Part shown: positions 35,286-49,200 of the stretch, one piece after another
Layout of the letters: each line of letters begins with the position of its first letter
Position numbering within the stretch: the first letter of the stretch is position 1
From: Cyanophora paradoxa CCMP329
Lineage: Eukaryota; Plantae; Glaucophyta
Assembly (NCBI GenBank): GCA_004431415.1
Contig: QPMI01000058.1
Location: forward strand, 1-64,000
Length of the DNA stretch: 64,000 nucleotides
Direction of reading: 5' to 3'
Translations under genes and position numbers: made by a program
The notes under the pieces: generated by a model
Told to the model about the DNA's origin: nothing
Database searches by the model: none
What the model saw: only the letters and a program-made list of their open reading frames with translations

Positions 35286-37005
35286 CTAACTGGCCGGCTT
35301 GGAGTACTCGAATACTAGGAAGGACTGCCCGGGGCGCAGGTCGATACCCGCCACCAGCGGGTGCCCCGCCGCCACCTGCGCGGCCCCGTACCCCTCAGCG
35401 ATTGGCCCCGGAAGGGACGCGCGAGTGCGGGGGTACAGCATCATCGATCCCCGCACCTCGTAGGATGTACCCCGGAGCCCGAGGCCCTCGAGGCCGGCCC
35501 TCAAATCGTGTATCCCGAAGCGGTACGAGTCCCCCACGATGACGAGGCGCCCGCCGGGCTTTAAGAAAGCGTCGATCGTCGCGAGGAGCATCGTCGGGTG
35601 CATCGACTCGTAGACGACCTGCGGGGGTACCCGTCGTCTAACGTTCGGGGGGGGGGGAAGATGAAAGGGGGGTACGTCGGCGCCGAGGATGACGTCGGCG
35701 GGCCCGAACGAGACGTCGCAGCGGCCCATCTCTACTTCCATCCAGTCGAGCTTCCTGCGGCATGGTTTTAGATTTGAGGGGAGAAGCGGCAGGGGGGTAC
35801 GGGGCCGCACTCGACGGCGATGCGGCGGGAGACGTCGACGTCGGAAGGGCCGTCCCAGCGAGCGTTCGCCTGAACGTTCTCCCGCAGCGTCTCAAGGATC
35901 CGCGGCAGGTAGTCCGTCGTGACGACCCGCCGCGCGTAGCGCGCAGCAACTATGCCGACAAGGCCGCAGCCGGCGCCTGCGTTCCTTCCGGTCAGAGCGA
36001 GGGACGGCAGGGCGAGGGCGGGCGGGCGGGCGGGTCGGCGGCGGACCGAGCTCGATGACCTCCTTGCCTTCGACGAGGGAGGAGTCCGACACGATGTGCC
36101 TGCGCCGCGCCGCGGCCGGGAGCCGTGAGGCTGGGACGAGGCGCGGGCCGGGAGGAGGGAGCGGACGCACTGCGCGAGGACGAGGGCGCTGTCCCACACT
36201 TTGTCTGCGGAGGCATGCCGTCAGAAGCGAACGACGGCGCGCCGGGATCCGGAGAGCCCGGCCGACGCACAGGCCACGTCGACTTCGGCGAAGGCCATCT
36301 GCCGCAGCCGGATCGGGTGCCCTGCCACGACCACCTCCCGCACCGGCGGCACGCTGCACGAGTCGCTGTTCGACGCGATGATCTGCTCGAGCGGCGGCGG
36401 CGGAGTCGGCGGCGGCGTCGGGGCGGGCGCGGGCGGGCGCGCTCGCTCGCTCGCGCCGCCGACCTGCGCAGCGCTGTCCTGCTCGTCCGCGTCCTCGCTT
36501 TCGAGCAGCGGCAGCACAACGTTGCACACTGCGATGTACGACTGCGTCAACGCTCGGAACGGGGACGTCCGCAGGTCGCGCACCTCCCAGCCGCCGCAGA
36601 GCGATCGACACATCGCCTGCGGCCCGCTCAGCTCTGCCGCGTTGTCCGCCGTGGGGCAGCGGCGCGCGTCACCAACCTTTGCGGCAGATGACCGATGCAG
36701 AGTCGCCATTTGCCGGCTTGGTCAGCGCGAGCATCGCCGCCAAGCCAGTCCGCCGCAACTTCGCGTCCCGCCCTCGGACGAGCGCGAGCAGCGAATCAAG
36801 CGCATCGCTGTCGATCAGCCCGTCCTTGGAATCGTCTGCGTCGTCGTCCGCGTCAGCTCGAAGCCGTCAACGATCGCGGCGCCAACGCCCGCATGCCTGA
36901 CGCCACGGCTTCCCTGCAGCACGCCAGCAGCTGATCGGTGCTATGTTCCGCGCGCGATCTCAGCGCCTGGATCGCTTCGTGCAGCCTGCCTACAAGGTCC
37001 GCCAT
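35286..37005 (-). CDS. Family-16 (METTL21/EEF2KMT-like) SAM-dependent protein methyltransferase with an N-terminal helical extension
   Basis: KVWDSALVLA, VEGKEVIELG/AGCGLVGI (motif I), VVTTDY, LRENVQAN, LDW, DVILGAD/VVY, LKPGG. Confidence 0.9.
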
Positions 37006-37618
37006 CGGTGGCAATTTGATCTGGACCCCCCCCCCCCCCCCCCCCCCCCCCTTCGATCAAATTCTTCCTTGACAGGCTATGAGCTCCAAGCTAGGTCTGA
37101 ATGCAATCGTCCTGTCCTGGAGCCCTTCGCATGGGTGCCCTACGAGGACGGATCACCGGCCCCCAACCCCACCCAGAGAGGAGGGATGGTCGACGTCCAA
37201 AGCTCGTGTATCTCATCTAGATCATCCGCCAAGTCGAACAAATCGATCTAGCAGTCTGATCACGATCCTGTAGAATGGGTACGGAATGACAACTGTTCCC
37301 TCGCCGATCTATCGCTAGCCATAAACTCCCCACAAAACTCCGGCAAAAAAGCCGAATCTGTCAAGGCCAGCGGCCTGTGTTGATGAAAGCATGAAAGTTA
37401 TTATGTGTCGAACGCATGCAGCTCGCGCTGCATCGCCCGAGGGCGCATGGGGCCGGGATGACTAGTAATTACAACAGGGCAAGGCAGGGGAGTACCCTGC
37501 CGCGAGGAGGGAAAAGAGGTTTCAAGAAAAAGGGAAGGGACCTCGTGAAAAAGGAAGGAAAGATCCCATGAGAGAGTCGGAAGAGGTAAGGGGGAGGGAA
37601 GGCGAGGAAGCGGGCCGG

Positions 37619-38967
37619 CTACAAGGGGGCGTGGCGCCCCCTGCCCGAGTCACCGCCGCCCCGCCCCGCCGTTGATCGCGGCGCATCTACCGCGCGCCTC
37701 CAGCGTAGAACTGCTGCTGCTGCTGCTGAGGCGCCTGGGGCGAGCCCGCCTGGCCGGGGAACGCCTGGCCCGTCTGGTAGTTCGCGCCGTTGGAGCCGGC
37801 CCCCGCGGGAGCAGCAGCCGCGCCGTTGTAGTTGGGCTGGCCCTGGAACCCGCCGTGCTGCGCGTACTGGCCCTGCGGGAAGCTGTTCGGCTGGCCGCCG
37901 CCTGCGCAACGGCCCGTCCGTCAACCGAAATCGCAGCCGGGCGGCCGGCCAGGGGGAAAGCGGGATCGGGCGAACCCTGGAAACCACCCTGCGCGCCGGG
38001 AGCGAAGCCGCCGCCCCCCGGGCCCTGCTGGCCCGGGAACTGGGCCGCCGGGAACGGCTGCCCGTACGGTCCGGGCTCAGCACCCGCGGGAGCAGCAGCT
38101 GGAATCCGCCGTACGCGCCCGGGAACTGTCCAGGAGGACCACCGAAGCCCTGCTGGTAGCCCCCATAGCCCGGCCCGTACGCCGGCGCGCCCGCGAAGCC
38201 TGCCGGGGCGCCGTACTGCTGGAACCCCTGGGGGTACCTGCGGCCGAACCCGCCTCAGCCGACGCAGGTCATGGAACACAGTCAGGAAACGCGCTGACCC
38301 GCCCGGGCCACCGGGGAACGTGCCCTGGAAGCCGCGCCCCCGTCCGTACCCAGGGCCGGGGGGTCCTGCGGCGTGACGGGCGTCTCAGAACTGGAGTCTT
38401 TGACCCAAGAGTGGTCACTGGAGAGATTGTGCACCAGTTCGCTGCTTCGCGCCGATCGCAGCCAGGTTGCAGTTGGCCCGACGCCCCTCGATCGTCGGCG
38501 TTGGGTTCTGGCAGCACTTCTCAGCTGCTTCCACCGTGTTGAACGTCTGTCACCAACCCCAATGAGACCGTGTGGGGCCCTATAAGCCCGTCCGGTCACG
38601 CACGACGAAACCATAGCCCTTCGACCTTCCGGTATTACGATCCATCTGGCACGGGCGGCACGTCAGCGGCAAGTACGCACGTTTAATCGAAAGAAAGAAA
38701 TAACAACGCACGATCACAACGGCCTCCTTCAAGGGCCCGAACCTAGATACCAGAGGTCAATCAGCGTCTCGGAGTCGAACGAACGGTTTCACGCACTGTT
38801 CCGCCCATTGCCGGAGTCCGTCGGTGGTCGTCTCCCACGAAAGGCCACCAACAAAGACCTACGCAGCGAGAGCGATGAGCTCGGGCCCCCGGGACGAGCG
38901 CTACCCATGGCTAAGAGCGGCTCGCCTTGGTCTTTGAGGTGTCCTCCGCCTGCAGCGGAGCCGCCAT
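37619..38967 (-). CDS. RBM24/RBM38-like single-RRM RNA-binding protein with a Gly/Pro/Gln/Tyr-rich tail
   Basis: Short exons missed by the ORF track splice to EDTSKTK/VFVGGLSWETTTDGLRQWAEQ/FGPLKEAVVI/MDRNTGRSKGYGFV/TFNTVEAAEKCCQNPTPTIEGRRANCNLAAIGAK. This contains RNP2, RNP1 and the family-specific GRxANxNLA. Confidence 0.92.
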
Positions 38968-39360
38968 TGAACGTACGATGGCCTACTCGATCAGGCGGAC
39001 ATCCCTACAGGGTCGAACAGGCGCGCTGTGCCGGCGCCTCCGCCGATCAAGCTTCAATCAACTCTCCGTGACACGTACCCTCGAGCCAAACAGACGCACG
39101 TACCCCCGCCGCACGAATTTGCGATGCTCCGAAGCCAGCCCACGCTTTGCCCTGGGCCTCGAACGCCTGTCGCGGGGACGTGAAGTCGTGCAGCTCGGAC
39201 GCGGTCAATGGTGGTCGACTGACCTCGGCCACTGGTCAAGTCACCTGCGAATGCCGACGGCGCTAGCTTCTCGAAGCATTCGCGCATTCGCTCGTCCAGC
39301 ACTGGCTCTTGCCTCGTGCCGCAGAGTGCTCCAACGAGCTCGAGCTCGAATCGAGCGGCG

Positions 39361-42300
39361 ATGGCGTTCGAGCTTCTTCCAGGTTCGCTGACACCGCCGG
39401 TTCAATCTGACACTCGCGCCGTCCCCTCGTTTCGCCGCCGACCGGCCGCTCGTTCAGAGGATCTGCTGCTGGACATCCTGCGGCGCGTGGTCGAGCGTGA
39501 CGGGCTGCAGGCGCTGGCGCTGGGCCTTGGGCGCTCGTCCCGCTTCCTCCGTGCCGCCTCCTGGCATCGCGCTTTGTACGAGGAACCGCGCTTCTCGGTG
39601 CGCCCTTCTGCTCTTCGCTTCTCGCGCGCGCGCGCGCGCGCCAACGACTGCGGCCACAGCGGAAGGACAGCGGCGTGTTCATCGTCGCGGCATGCCAGCG
39701 CATGGGGCCGCACATACGTCGCCTCTGCCTTAGCGGGTTGCCGCAGCTCGCAATTGCCGACGTCGAGCAGGTCGGGTCCACCGGCCTCCGATCCTCCGCC
39801 TCGCGCCGAGGACGGCGGCTGATTCGATCGCGCTGGCCGCCCGCCGCAGTGCCTCGTGGCGGCGGCGCCCGGCCTGACGCACATTTCCCTCGCCTTCCTG
39901 GACGGCCGCGGGGCGACCCCGCAGGCCTTCGCCTTCGAATCCCTGCCGCCTCTGCCGCGCCTCGAGCTCTTCAACGCCGCCGCCGTCGGCCTCGGCGCTG
40001 TCGCTCTCGACGCGCTCCTCGCCTCCTGCGCCGGAACCCTCCGCCACCTGTACCTCCCGTGCGCACGGCAATCCCCGCCGTGAACTCCGCCCCGCCGCCT
40101 CGACAGCCTTCCCGACGCATCGTATCGCAGCTCGGCGAACGTTGGCGCGTCTCCCTCGCTTCCCGTTGCCGCGCTCGACATCGTCGTTCGCCACAGGCGC
40201 GCCGACCCGCCCGCCCGCCCGCGCGCCGCCGCCTGTCCGTGCGCCACCCCTGACAGTGGCTCCAGGCTCCCAGAGCTGCTCTCGCTGGACTTGGCGGACG
40301 CGCCCGTCTCGGAGTCGGCGCTGCAGGCCCTCCTCGCCGGCGACGACCCCGCCGCCCCGCAGCTCCGCCACCTCTTCCTGGTTCTCCCGCCCCAAGGGCC
40401 CCTCCCTCCCCTCGCGTCTGAGGCCGGCGCAGGTCCGCGCGCGTCTGGTCGGGGGCGGCGCCAGCGGCGACGGCCTGGCGAGGTTACTGGACACTTTCGC
40501 CCCCGCCGGGCTCCGCGTTCACGTCGTGGACTTCCACGCTGAGGTACCCCCCCTCCCGCGGCGATCGGTCGCGTACCCCCGGGCAACACCGCGGCATGCG
40601 CAGCTCTCGAAGGTCGTGAGCAAGAGCAACGCCGACGAGCAGCTTTCCCGCCTCGGCGACCTTGTTGTGCGCTTTCGTACCCCCTTTCTCCCCCCCTACC
40701 TTATCATCCCCCCAGGCCCGCCTGCCGAAGGACATTCCCTGCGCGGGGCTCGACGGCCCGAACGAAGCCGGCAGGACCCCCTTCCTGAGTCAGCGTACCC
40801 CCCTCAGCGCCCCGCCGCCCCCCTAACTCCGGTTCGAACCCGCGCAGGGGCGATCGAGGCGGGGCGGCTGGACGTGGCGCGTCGGCTCGTCGAGCTGGGG
40901 GCCTCGCCCCTCTGCTGTACCCTCCCCGGCCCCTGGCGCCGCCAGCCGCGTCCCTGGGACGCGCCGCACCCGATGCGCGGGGCCGCCCACCCGTGCGCTG
41001 CAGCCGGCGCCGCGCCGCGCCGCGCCGCGCCGCTCCAGCTGAATGCGTACCCCTGCCTCCAGATCGCACAAGGCCGCCGGCTGGACGGCGCTGCACCTGG
41101 CGGCCCCGATGACGGAGAGGGGAAGGGCGTACCCCCTGGAGGAGTGGCTGGAGGCGGCGCGGGAGTGGGGCCTGGCCGCGCTCGCTGAAGCCCGCACGTA
41201 CACCCTCGGCGAGACGCCTCTCCAGGCCCGCGCGCGTCTAGAATCGGTCCCGTCGGGGTTCGAACCCGAATGATCGCAGGCCATCAACGACTCTCCGAGG
41301 GCCGTCCGCCTGCTTGTCGCGCTGGGGTGCGACCCGGCGGCCCCGCTACGGCGGCGCCAAGGGCGGAGCAAGGCCGGAGGGTCGCTTGCGCACGTCTACG
41401 CGGCGGGGGACCACGGCGGGGCGCTGGCAGCGCTCCTGGCCGTCCGCCCCGACTACGCATCCCTGAAGGGTGCGCGGGCGGTGGTCTGCTCGGGAGTGGC
41501 GAAGTTGGGTTTGAGTTTCCGAGTCGCGCAGACGACGAGGGGAGGACGCCGCTCGTGCGGGCGGCGGCGAAGGGCGCGGGCGCGGCGTTGCGGGCGCTGC
41601 TGGAGGCGCGGGGCCCCTGCGGGCCGCTCGATTTGGACCTGCTCGCGGCGGGGCGGGACGGCCGCACGGCGCTGCACTTCTCTCCCGGGGGCGACGGCCA
41701 CGGCGGGGCAACGGCCCGCTCCTGGCGCCGCGGGTCGACCGCAAGGCCTTTGGAGCCCACTTTGGCCCAGGGCGCGTTCGTCCAACTCGCGGGTGCGGCG
41801 CCGGCGCCAGCCAGCGCTGTCGCGCCTCCGCCGCCCGACCGGCCGCCGCCGACCGCCCCGCCCCGTCCGATCCGCAGCGCGGGCCCGACGCGAGGCGCTG
41901 GCCGCTCGGGACGCGCGGGGGCGGACGCCGCTGATCGCCGCGGCGGAGCGCGCGGACGTCTGGGCGGTGCGCGCGCTGCTGTCGGCCCCGGCCGGGTCCG
42001 GCGACGCCGACGCGCTGAGCGTGAACGCCGCCGATTTGGCGGGAAGGTGCCCGGGCCCGCCTCCACCCGCGGAGAGGTCCCAAGCTCACGGCGGCGGCGC
42101 GCGCGCAGGACGGCGCTCCACGCGGCTTGCGCGGGGTACCAAAGCACGGACCTCGATCCGTCCTTCCTCGAGATCGCCGCCCTGCTCGTGGAGCGGGGGG
42201 CGGACGCGTACCCGGCGCCCCGGCGGACGGGGGACCCTTCGCTCCTGCCCGCGTTCCTCTGGGCCGGCGCCCGGTTCGGCTTCTGCGAGTGGGGCGAGGC

Positions 42301-44016
42301 GCGGCGGGAGGGGCTGCGCCGCGTCCTCGCCGCCTTCCGCTCGCGCGGCTTGGATGCCGACGCCTTCACGGCCACCGACGAGCACGGCTGCACCGTCTTC
42401 CACTACGTGCGCGCGCGCCCCGCCGCGCGCCGCCGAGCCGCCGCATATGAGCCTAACTTTGCTTAGCCTCAACCTTTCTATGCCTAGCTATGCTATATGA
42501 GCTCTGCCCGATGCTCTCTAGCGCCGGGCCGCCGCACGGGCGTGTATAACAGCGCCCGCGCCACCGAGCCGCCCGGCCAGGACCCAAGCCCGCCACCGAT
42601 CGATCGACCGTGAGCGCAGGCCGCGGAGAACAAGTCGTGTCTCCCACTGAAGGAGCTCCTCGATGCGTGCCCCGACCCGCGGGCCGCCCTCGCGGTCCCG
42701 AACTCCGCCGGTCCGAACGAACGAACGAAGAATCCTTTGCCTTCTGATACGGCGCGTTGCACGTATCGACCAGGGGCGCAGGTCGGAGTCCCCTGGCCCT
42801 GGCGTGCGGCAAGGGCCGCTACCACTTCGAGGCCGCGGTGGCGCTTCTCCCCTACTCCGACCCGCTGGCTCAGGTACCCGCCCTCCCCCGCCCCCCTCGC
42901 CTCGCCTCGCCCTGGTTCTTGACCTCGTTTCGCGTGCGTGCAGGACCGGGACGGCAACTGCTGCCTGCACCTCGTGCCCTCGGACGACTTCGGGTACCTC
43001 AAGGATCCGGGCCGGCTCTTCTCCCTCGTCTCCGCGATCCTGCGGCGGAGCCCCGAGGTGCCCCCCAGCCCGCCTCCCATCCCCGGCCAGCCTGACCGGC
43101 GGCCCGCGGCCGACGCCGCTGCAGGCGGCGCTCCTGCGGAACGCGGAGGGACAGACGCCCCTCCACTGCTTTGCTTGGCAGCGGCCGTGGTCGCTGAACC
43201 CTCTAGATCTGGCCGAAGAGAGGGACGACCCGATTCGCACCATCTTCGCCTCCCCCTCCGGAATCATGTTTGGCCTCCTCGGGCGCCAGCGGCACAAGGA
43301 ACTATGCGACGCGTGGGAAAAACAGCGGGCTCAGATCCTCGAGGATCGCAGGAAGGCGAGAGAGGCACGGCTGCGGTAACCCCCCTGCGCTACCTCCCCT
43401 CCCCCTCGCCTGGCCCCATCGAGCGGGTCGGGCGCAGGGAGTACATGGATAAAGCGCGGCGTGCCTCCGAGGAGCTCGTGGCCGCGTCGGACGTGGCCGC
43501 TCAGGACGCCGCCGGCCGTACCCCGGCGCGCCCGTGTACCCCACCCCCACCCCCCGCGCGGCCCCGCCCGTCTAGATATCTCAACGGCGGCCCAGATCTA
43601 CGTGAAGCTTAAGCAGCCTTCTTAGCCGTCTTTCTTAAGCCTCTTCAAGCTTCTTTGTGCTTCTTCGTCTTCTTCTTCTTCTTACGGTGCGGCCCAGATC
43701 CACGTGGCGGTGGCGGCGGCCTCGGGCCCGGTCGAGCCGCTGCTCGCGGCGATGCTGGCGGCCCCGCGGGCGCGCGCCGCGCTGGCGCTGCGGGACCGGG
43801 GTGGGTCGACCCCGCTCGACCTCGCCCGCCGCGTGCGCCCCGCCCGCTTGCCCCCTTGCCCTTCGGCTCGGCGTGACTGACGCCCGCTTCGATTCTCGCC
43901 CGAATTCGTAGCTGGCGCGGGGGCGCGAGTCTGTGGTGCGGGCGCTGCGGGAGGCGGGGGCGCCGGAGCCTGAGCCTCCTCCAGGGGACGGCGGCAGCTA
44001 CGGGTGCGGCCTCTAG
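39361..44016 (+). CDS. F-box-like / LRR / ankyrin-repeat protein
   Basis: MAFELLP/EDLLLDILRRV (F-box-like); LRR segments IRRLCLSGL, LTHISL, LPRLELFN; ankyrin motifs GWTALHLAA, GETPLQ, EGRTPLVRAAAKG, DGRTALHF, RGRTPLIAAA, RTALHAAC, GCTVFHY, DGNCCLHL, EGQTPLHC, AGRTP/IHVA. Confidence 0.85.
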
Positions 44017-44574
44017 GTCTTGCCCAGCGAGGCGGGCCGGGGCCCGAGGCCCAGCGTGGCAGCTTCAGTGTTAGTCACGGCTTGGTTGAGCTTCCGAAGT
44101 TCCAAAACTAGCCTAGTAGTACTCTCGTTAGATCTTCAAGGCTAGATTAGATCTAGATCCGATCCTATCCGATTGGGGAAAATGCAACCAACCAACGCCG
44201 GCGCCCCGCAGCCGGCGTGGCGCCTCTCAAGCTCCGATCATGCAGTCGGCCGGCCCGCCGGGCCGGGCTGCAAATTAAAGGGCGGAATTCGAGACGAATT
44301 CGAATTCGAATTCGGTGATCGATCATATGAGATCGACACGGGGGTACTCGTGATCATCTACGGCTTTGCCAACCGAAGCCCCGCGTGCTGCAGCTGTATA
44401 CGTGGCCCATCGCGGATATCGATCGCTATATAAAGCTAGCGCTAGATAGAACTAGCGCCTCCGAGGCTCTTGAGCTGCAGCCGCGGCCGCTAAGCCGGTG
44501 CGTCACGAGGATACACGTGTGAAGTTGTGTTACCTGAAACTTGACGCTGTGTCAAAGCAGATCCCCCGGAAGAA

Positions 44575-45192
44575 ATGGAGGAGCCTGCGGCCGATGATCG
44601 TGAGTCCGAGGAAGAAGAGGAAGATGGGTCTGATGATCATGAAGAACAGGAAGGGCTCGAGGAAGAAGATGAAGACGACCGCGAGCTCAATGGCTCTGAA
44701 GAAGACGAAGGTGATCATGACTTAGTGGCCGCGGACGATCGCGATCCCGAAAATGCCGACGAGCCGGTGAAAAACGACGCGGCGGAGTGTATACGTACGC
44801 GTACGTGCATGTTGAACCTAAAGCTAAGCTAGGTCTTCAGGCCTAGGGCCTGCGCATGCGTGCAGGAACTGATCATGACGCCCCCCCCGCGCGCGCCCGC
44901 GCTTGCGATCGTTTACGTATCAGGACTTCGACGTCTGGTTGTACAGCTGCGAGACTTTTGGGGTTCTCGATGGGTCTCCATCTTCCTGGTGGTCTCCCTG
45001 GCCTTGAATCTCTTCTTGGCGTCCAGGCCGTGTCCGGCCTGCCGCTGCCCTGAGTGCAATTGCGGTCTCGGCGCTTTTCAAGTTTTCGGTAGTGCTGTAG
45101 GCGAAGCTGTCGGCAACCGCGGATCGCGTTTCATAGATAACCTGGCTTTTGGTTTGCTCGATAGGCTTCTGGGCAGCGATTGCAGGCGCTGA
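44575..45192 (+). CDS. Possible orphan: highly acidic N-terminus, single TM helix, CxxCxCxxCxC motif
   Basis: ORF 44575 (E/D-rich) and ORF 44860 (WVSIFLVVSLALNLFLA then RPCPACRCPECNC) can be joined only through a weak GC donor. The locus lies in a lower-GC island. Confidence 0.4.
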
Positions 45193-46280
45193 TCATGATA
45201 TCGATCATTTCGAATTCTTTGTGAGAGCAAGCTTAAGCACGTTAATTAGAGTTCGTCGTACTGGTATACATTAATATTCGAAACTGTACGCGTACGTATA
45301 CGTATACATTCGAAGTTCGAACCTGTACGTATACGTACCGCAGTTTGTCTACTGTACATGCGTTCAATGATCATTATCGATATACCGTAGTACATCATGG
45401 CATTGCAAATGAACAATTAGCCAGGGCACATGTACAGCACTCGATCGCGACGGTCTTCAGTGTTATCTATAGCTATAGCTAGCTAGAGTCGGAGGGATAA
45501 ATCGCGATCGGGCGATGTGAAACTCCTGTGTGCACGTTGCATGCACGTTGCTTCAATTTATAATCATGAGCTGCGAGAGATGAAACGATAAACAAGAATG
45601 CAATAGAACGCTACCCGGATACATCCGAGAAATACTGCAGCAACGCTCGTAAAGGAGCAGACACTGCCTGGCGGGCAGTACTTTTTAACGGCATATGCTC
45701 TTGCATCAGCGAGTGTAGTACTCTGTGAGACATGAAGCTCGATGATCGCTTCGCATAGAACAGAGACGAGAAACGCAATGAAGAAAGCCTTATCTGCCGG
45801 CCAGCGGATGATGCCGCGGTCGCTATCAGCCGCGGCGCCGGTCGCGCCCGCCCGCCCGGATGACTGGGCGCGGACGCCTGTCCCAGCTGCAGCGCCAGAC
45901 TTGGCAACAGACTTTGCAGATGACGTACGCGCCTAACCACGTGCACCCGAGCAACGTTTCAATTCAACAGCGCTTCGAACAGCGCACAAATAGGCGTACC
46001 ACACGTGTCTCGGGCTCGCTGGATTGCTGCCGCACGGGTGCGCAGAAAGTTTAGCCGAAGGAACTGCGAAGGAACTTCGGACGCACCTTCAACCCGACTG
46101 GACCGTTTGACAGCTTTCTCGATCGGCTGGGGCTGCGGCTAGGGCTCCGATCGCGGTCGGCCATTGCGGGAATAACGAGTAACCAAGTTGGCTCCGGCGA
46201 ATGCACGTACCCCCATTCCCGAAAAAGCGCAGCATTGCCGAGAGCAGAACAAGCACGCGGCGGCAGCGGCTAGCGGCGGG

Positions 46281-49200
46281 ATGGCGGAGACAACGACAAC
46301 GATGGATCGGGAGGCGAGGATAGCGCAGCGCATGGCCCGCATAGAGGCGAGGCGCAAGGCGGCGGAGCTGGGCGAGGGTCAGCGTCTGCCCACTTAGCTT
46401 TAGCACCGCACGCACACGTAGCATGCATAGCACAAGCTGATGCGCCTCCTGCAGGGCGCAAGGAAGGCGGCGAAGAGAAGAAGGAAATCGGCAAGGGCCA
46501 GAAGCAGATTCTCGAGAGCCGCTTCCGCCTAGAGCGCATCATGGTAGCTGACGCCACGGCGCACGCGCTGCGGTCCCGGCTCACGCCCGCCCGCAGGACG
46601 ACACGAACTCGGACGTGACAGTGGTCCGGGTGCAGTCGGACGACAGGGAGAACGCGCGGCGAATCGTTGAGGAGGCAAAGCGGCAAGAGCGGCGACAGAA
46701 GCTGCTGGACGAGGCGGAGAACAGCGCGAAGCGCAACGCCGCGGTGGCGATGAAGTGGGCCAGTTTGCTGGAGAAGGACGTGCCGCAGGACCTAGTCAAG
46801 GCGCGCCCCGCCCCGCCCCGCCCCGCCCCGCCCCGCGCCGTGCGGCGGCTGAGCGCCGCGCAGGAGATGGAAGCGCAGCGAGACGCGTGCAACCGCATCA
46901 TAGCATCGAAGGAGCGGATGATCAAAGGTACGGGGCGCCCGCCGCGCGGGGCCGCGGGGCCGCGCAAGGCGCGGTGCGAGGGGCGCGGCGGCAGCGTTCC
47001 AGCTGGAGCTGAAGGCGAAGGACGACGAGTACGTCAAGGCGCTCAAGAAGCAGGCGGAGGACATCGGTGCGTGCGGGCGGCGCGGCTCTGCGCGCCTCCC
47101 GCTCGCTCTCAAATGGGGCGGACGGCAGACGCGCTGTTCGAGAAGATGGGGAAGCAGTTCATCATGCTGCGCAAGGGCTTCGAGGACGAGCTGGAGGAGG
47201 TGGAGCGGGCCTTCACGCAGGAGCGCGCGGAGCTGCTCGAGGCCTCCCGCAGGGAGCTCGAGGGCCTCTACGAGAAGCGCCGCCAGATGGAGCAGTGCGC
47301 ACGGAGCTAAGTTAAATGCTGAGCTGAGCTAGCTATCGCCCTTAAGATGCTAAGATGCACCTAGAACTCATAGCTAAGCTATCACCCGGAAGATGCTAAG
47401 ATGCGCCTCGACTAAAAGATGCCACGTCATCGCCCTTAAGATGCCCAGCTAGCTAAGCTGAGCCGAGCCGAGCTGAGCCGAGCTCCGCAGGCGGTTCATG
47501 GACGCGAAGTTCGAGCGGGTGGAGGAGGACGCGAAGCACCTGGACGACCTGCGGAGGCAGGACGCCGAGGAGTACAACATCCTCAAGATCAAGCTCGAGG
47601 GCGAGATCCAGATGCTCGAGCAGCAGCTCGAGGAGATGCGCGCCACGTACCAGGTGCGGAGGAGGAGGAGCAGAGGAGCGAGCGCCGCGCGCTTCCAAAG
47701 CCTAACTAAGCCTAACTGGCTAGCTACTTTAAGTAGCCATCTAGACTAGCTAGCTAGCTAACTGACGAACGCCCGCGGCGCCGCAGCTGAACACGGAGAA
47801 GCTGGAGTACAACTACCGCGTGCTGCACGAGCGCGACGTGGAGAACGCGCAGACGATCACGCAGCAGAAGCGCAAGCTCGCGCGCCTCCAGGACGCCCTC
47901 TCCAACGCCATGGCCAGGTGCTCATGGCCCGCTTCCAAGGGGCTAAGGGACCTAAGGTCATGCTCTAGGAAGGACCTAAGGGCTAAGGGCTAAGGGGCGA
48001 CTCAAAAAACTCCTGTCTGGGCCCGTCTGCTCTAGAACCGAACAGGAGGAGGAGCGATGGGAGCCTAACGGAGGACGCAGGTACGCGAAGGAGGACAGGA
48101 AGTACCGGCAGCGGAACGTGGAGATCACGGAGGAGTACCGCCGCATCACCGACCAGTTCAAGGACCTCCAGTCCAAGGCAAGGCCGTCTCCGTGCCCGCC
48201 CAAACTCTCACTCGCCCCTTGCTAACTTCGCCCCCTTAGTTCCGGCACTTCGAGCTGTCGGACAACCGGAAGTACCGAGACGTGTGGCGCATGAACGAGG
48301 GCACGGTCTCCGACCTCGTCCGCAAGCTCCTCCTGGTGCGCTGTTGGCTGGCTTGTAGAAAAGTTACGCTTAGCTTCGAGGCTGACGCGGTTCGGTTTGC
48401 AGGCGGACAAGATCATACACGAGCAGCAGCTGGGCTGGGTCTGGTTCCCCCCCAACGAGGAGGTCTTCCGCAGCGGGCAGTCCTTCTCCGAGACGCAGAA
48501 CGTCGCATCGGCCTCGGCGCAGCAGAAGGGCGCCGAGGAGGAGGGGGAGGGGGAGGCCCCGGGGGTACCCCCCTCGGCCGGCGGATCCGGGGAGGGCGGC
48601 GAGGCGGCGAAGGGCGGCGAGGCCGCGAAGGGGGCCGGGGCGGAGGCGCCGCTGTCGGCGGGGCGCGCCGAGAACGTGCGGAAGATGCTCCTCATGCTCT
48701 GCGACGAGGCGGGGTTCCTGGTGGAGCACAAGGTGCAGCGGGTGCTGGAGGGTCTGGACGCCAACGAGCAGAGCCTGCTCCGCGTCGACTCGATCCTGAA
48801 GGCGCTGGGCGTGGAGTCCAGCGAGGACGTCGAGCTGCTCCTCACGTACTTCATCGGGGACGAGTCCGAGGGCGAGTTCATCCACCCCAACGAGGCGATC
48901 AAGGCTTTGAAACAGTTCGTGGAGGACCACCAGCTCGACGCCAAGCGCACCTGTGCGCCCTATGCTCCTCCTTCTGTGTTTAGCCCTGTTCGCTGACGGC
49001 GCGTGCGTGCGCCAGCCAAGCGGCCGGCGGCCGGCGAGGAGAAGGCGGAGGGCGGCGCGGGCGGGGCGGCGGCGGGCGGCGCGGCCGGCGCGGGCGCGGC
49101 CGGCCCGTCGGGCCCGAGCCCGCGGGGGCGGCACGCGGCGGACGACGAGGACGAGTTCTGGGGGCGAATGGAGGGCGTCATCTCGGACAAGACGGGGCGC

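Noticed and set aside
45565-45935. Possible minus-strand small membrane protein (DKAFFIAFLVSVLCE...VAFYCILVYRF)
   Set aside because: No clear start exon or homology, so it is not supportable without transcript data.
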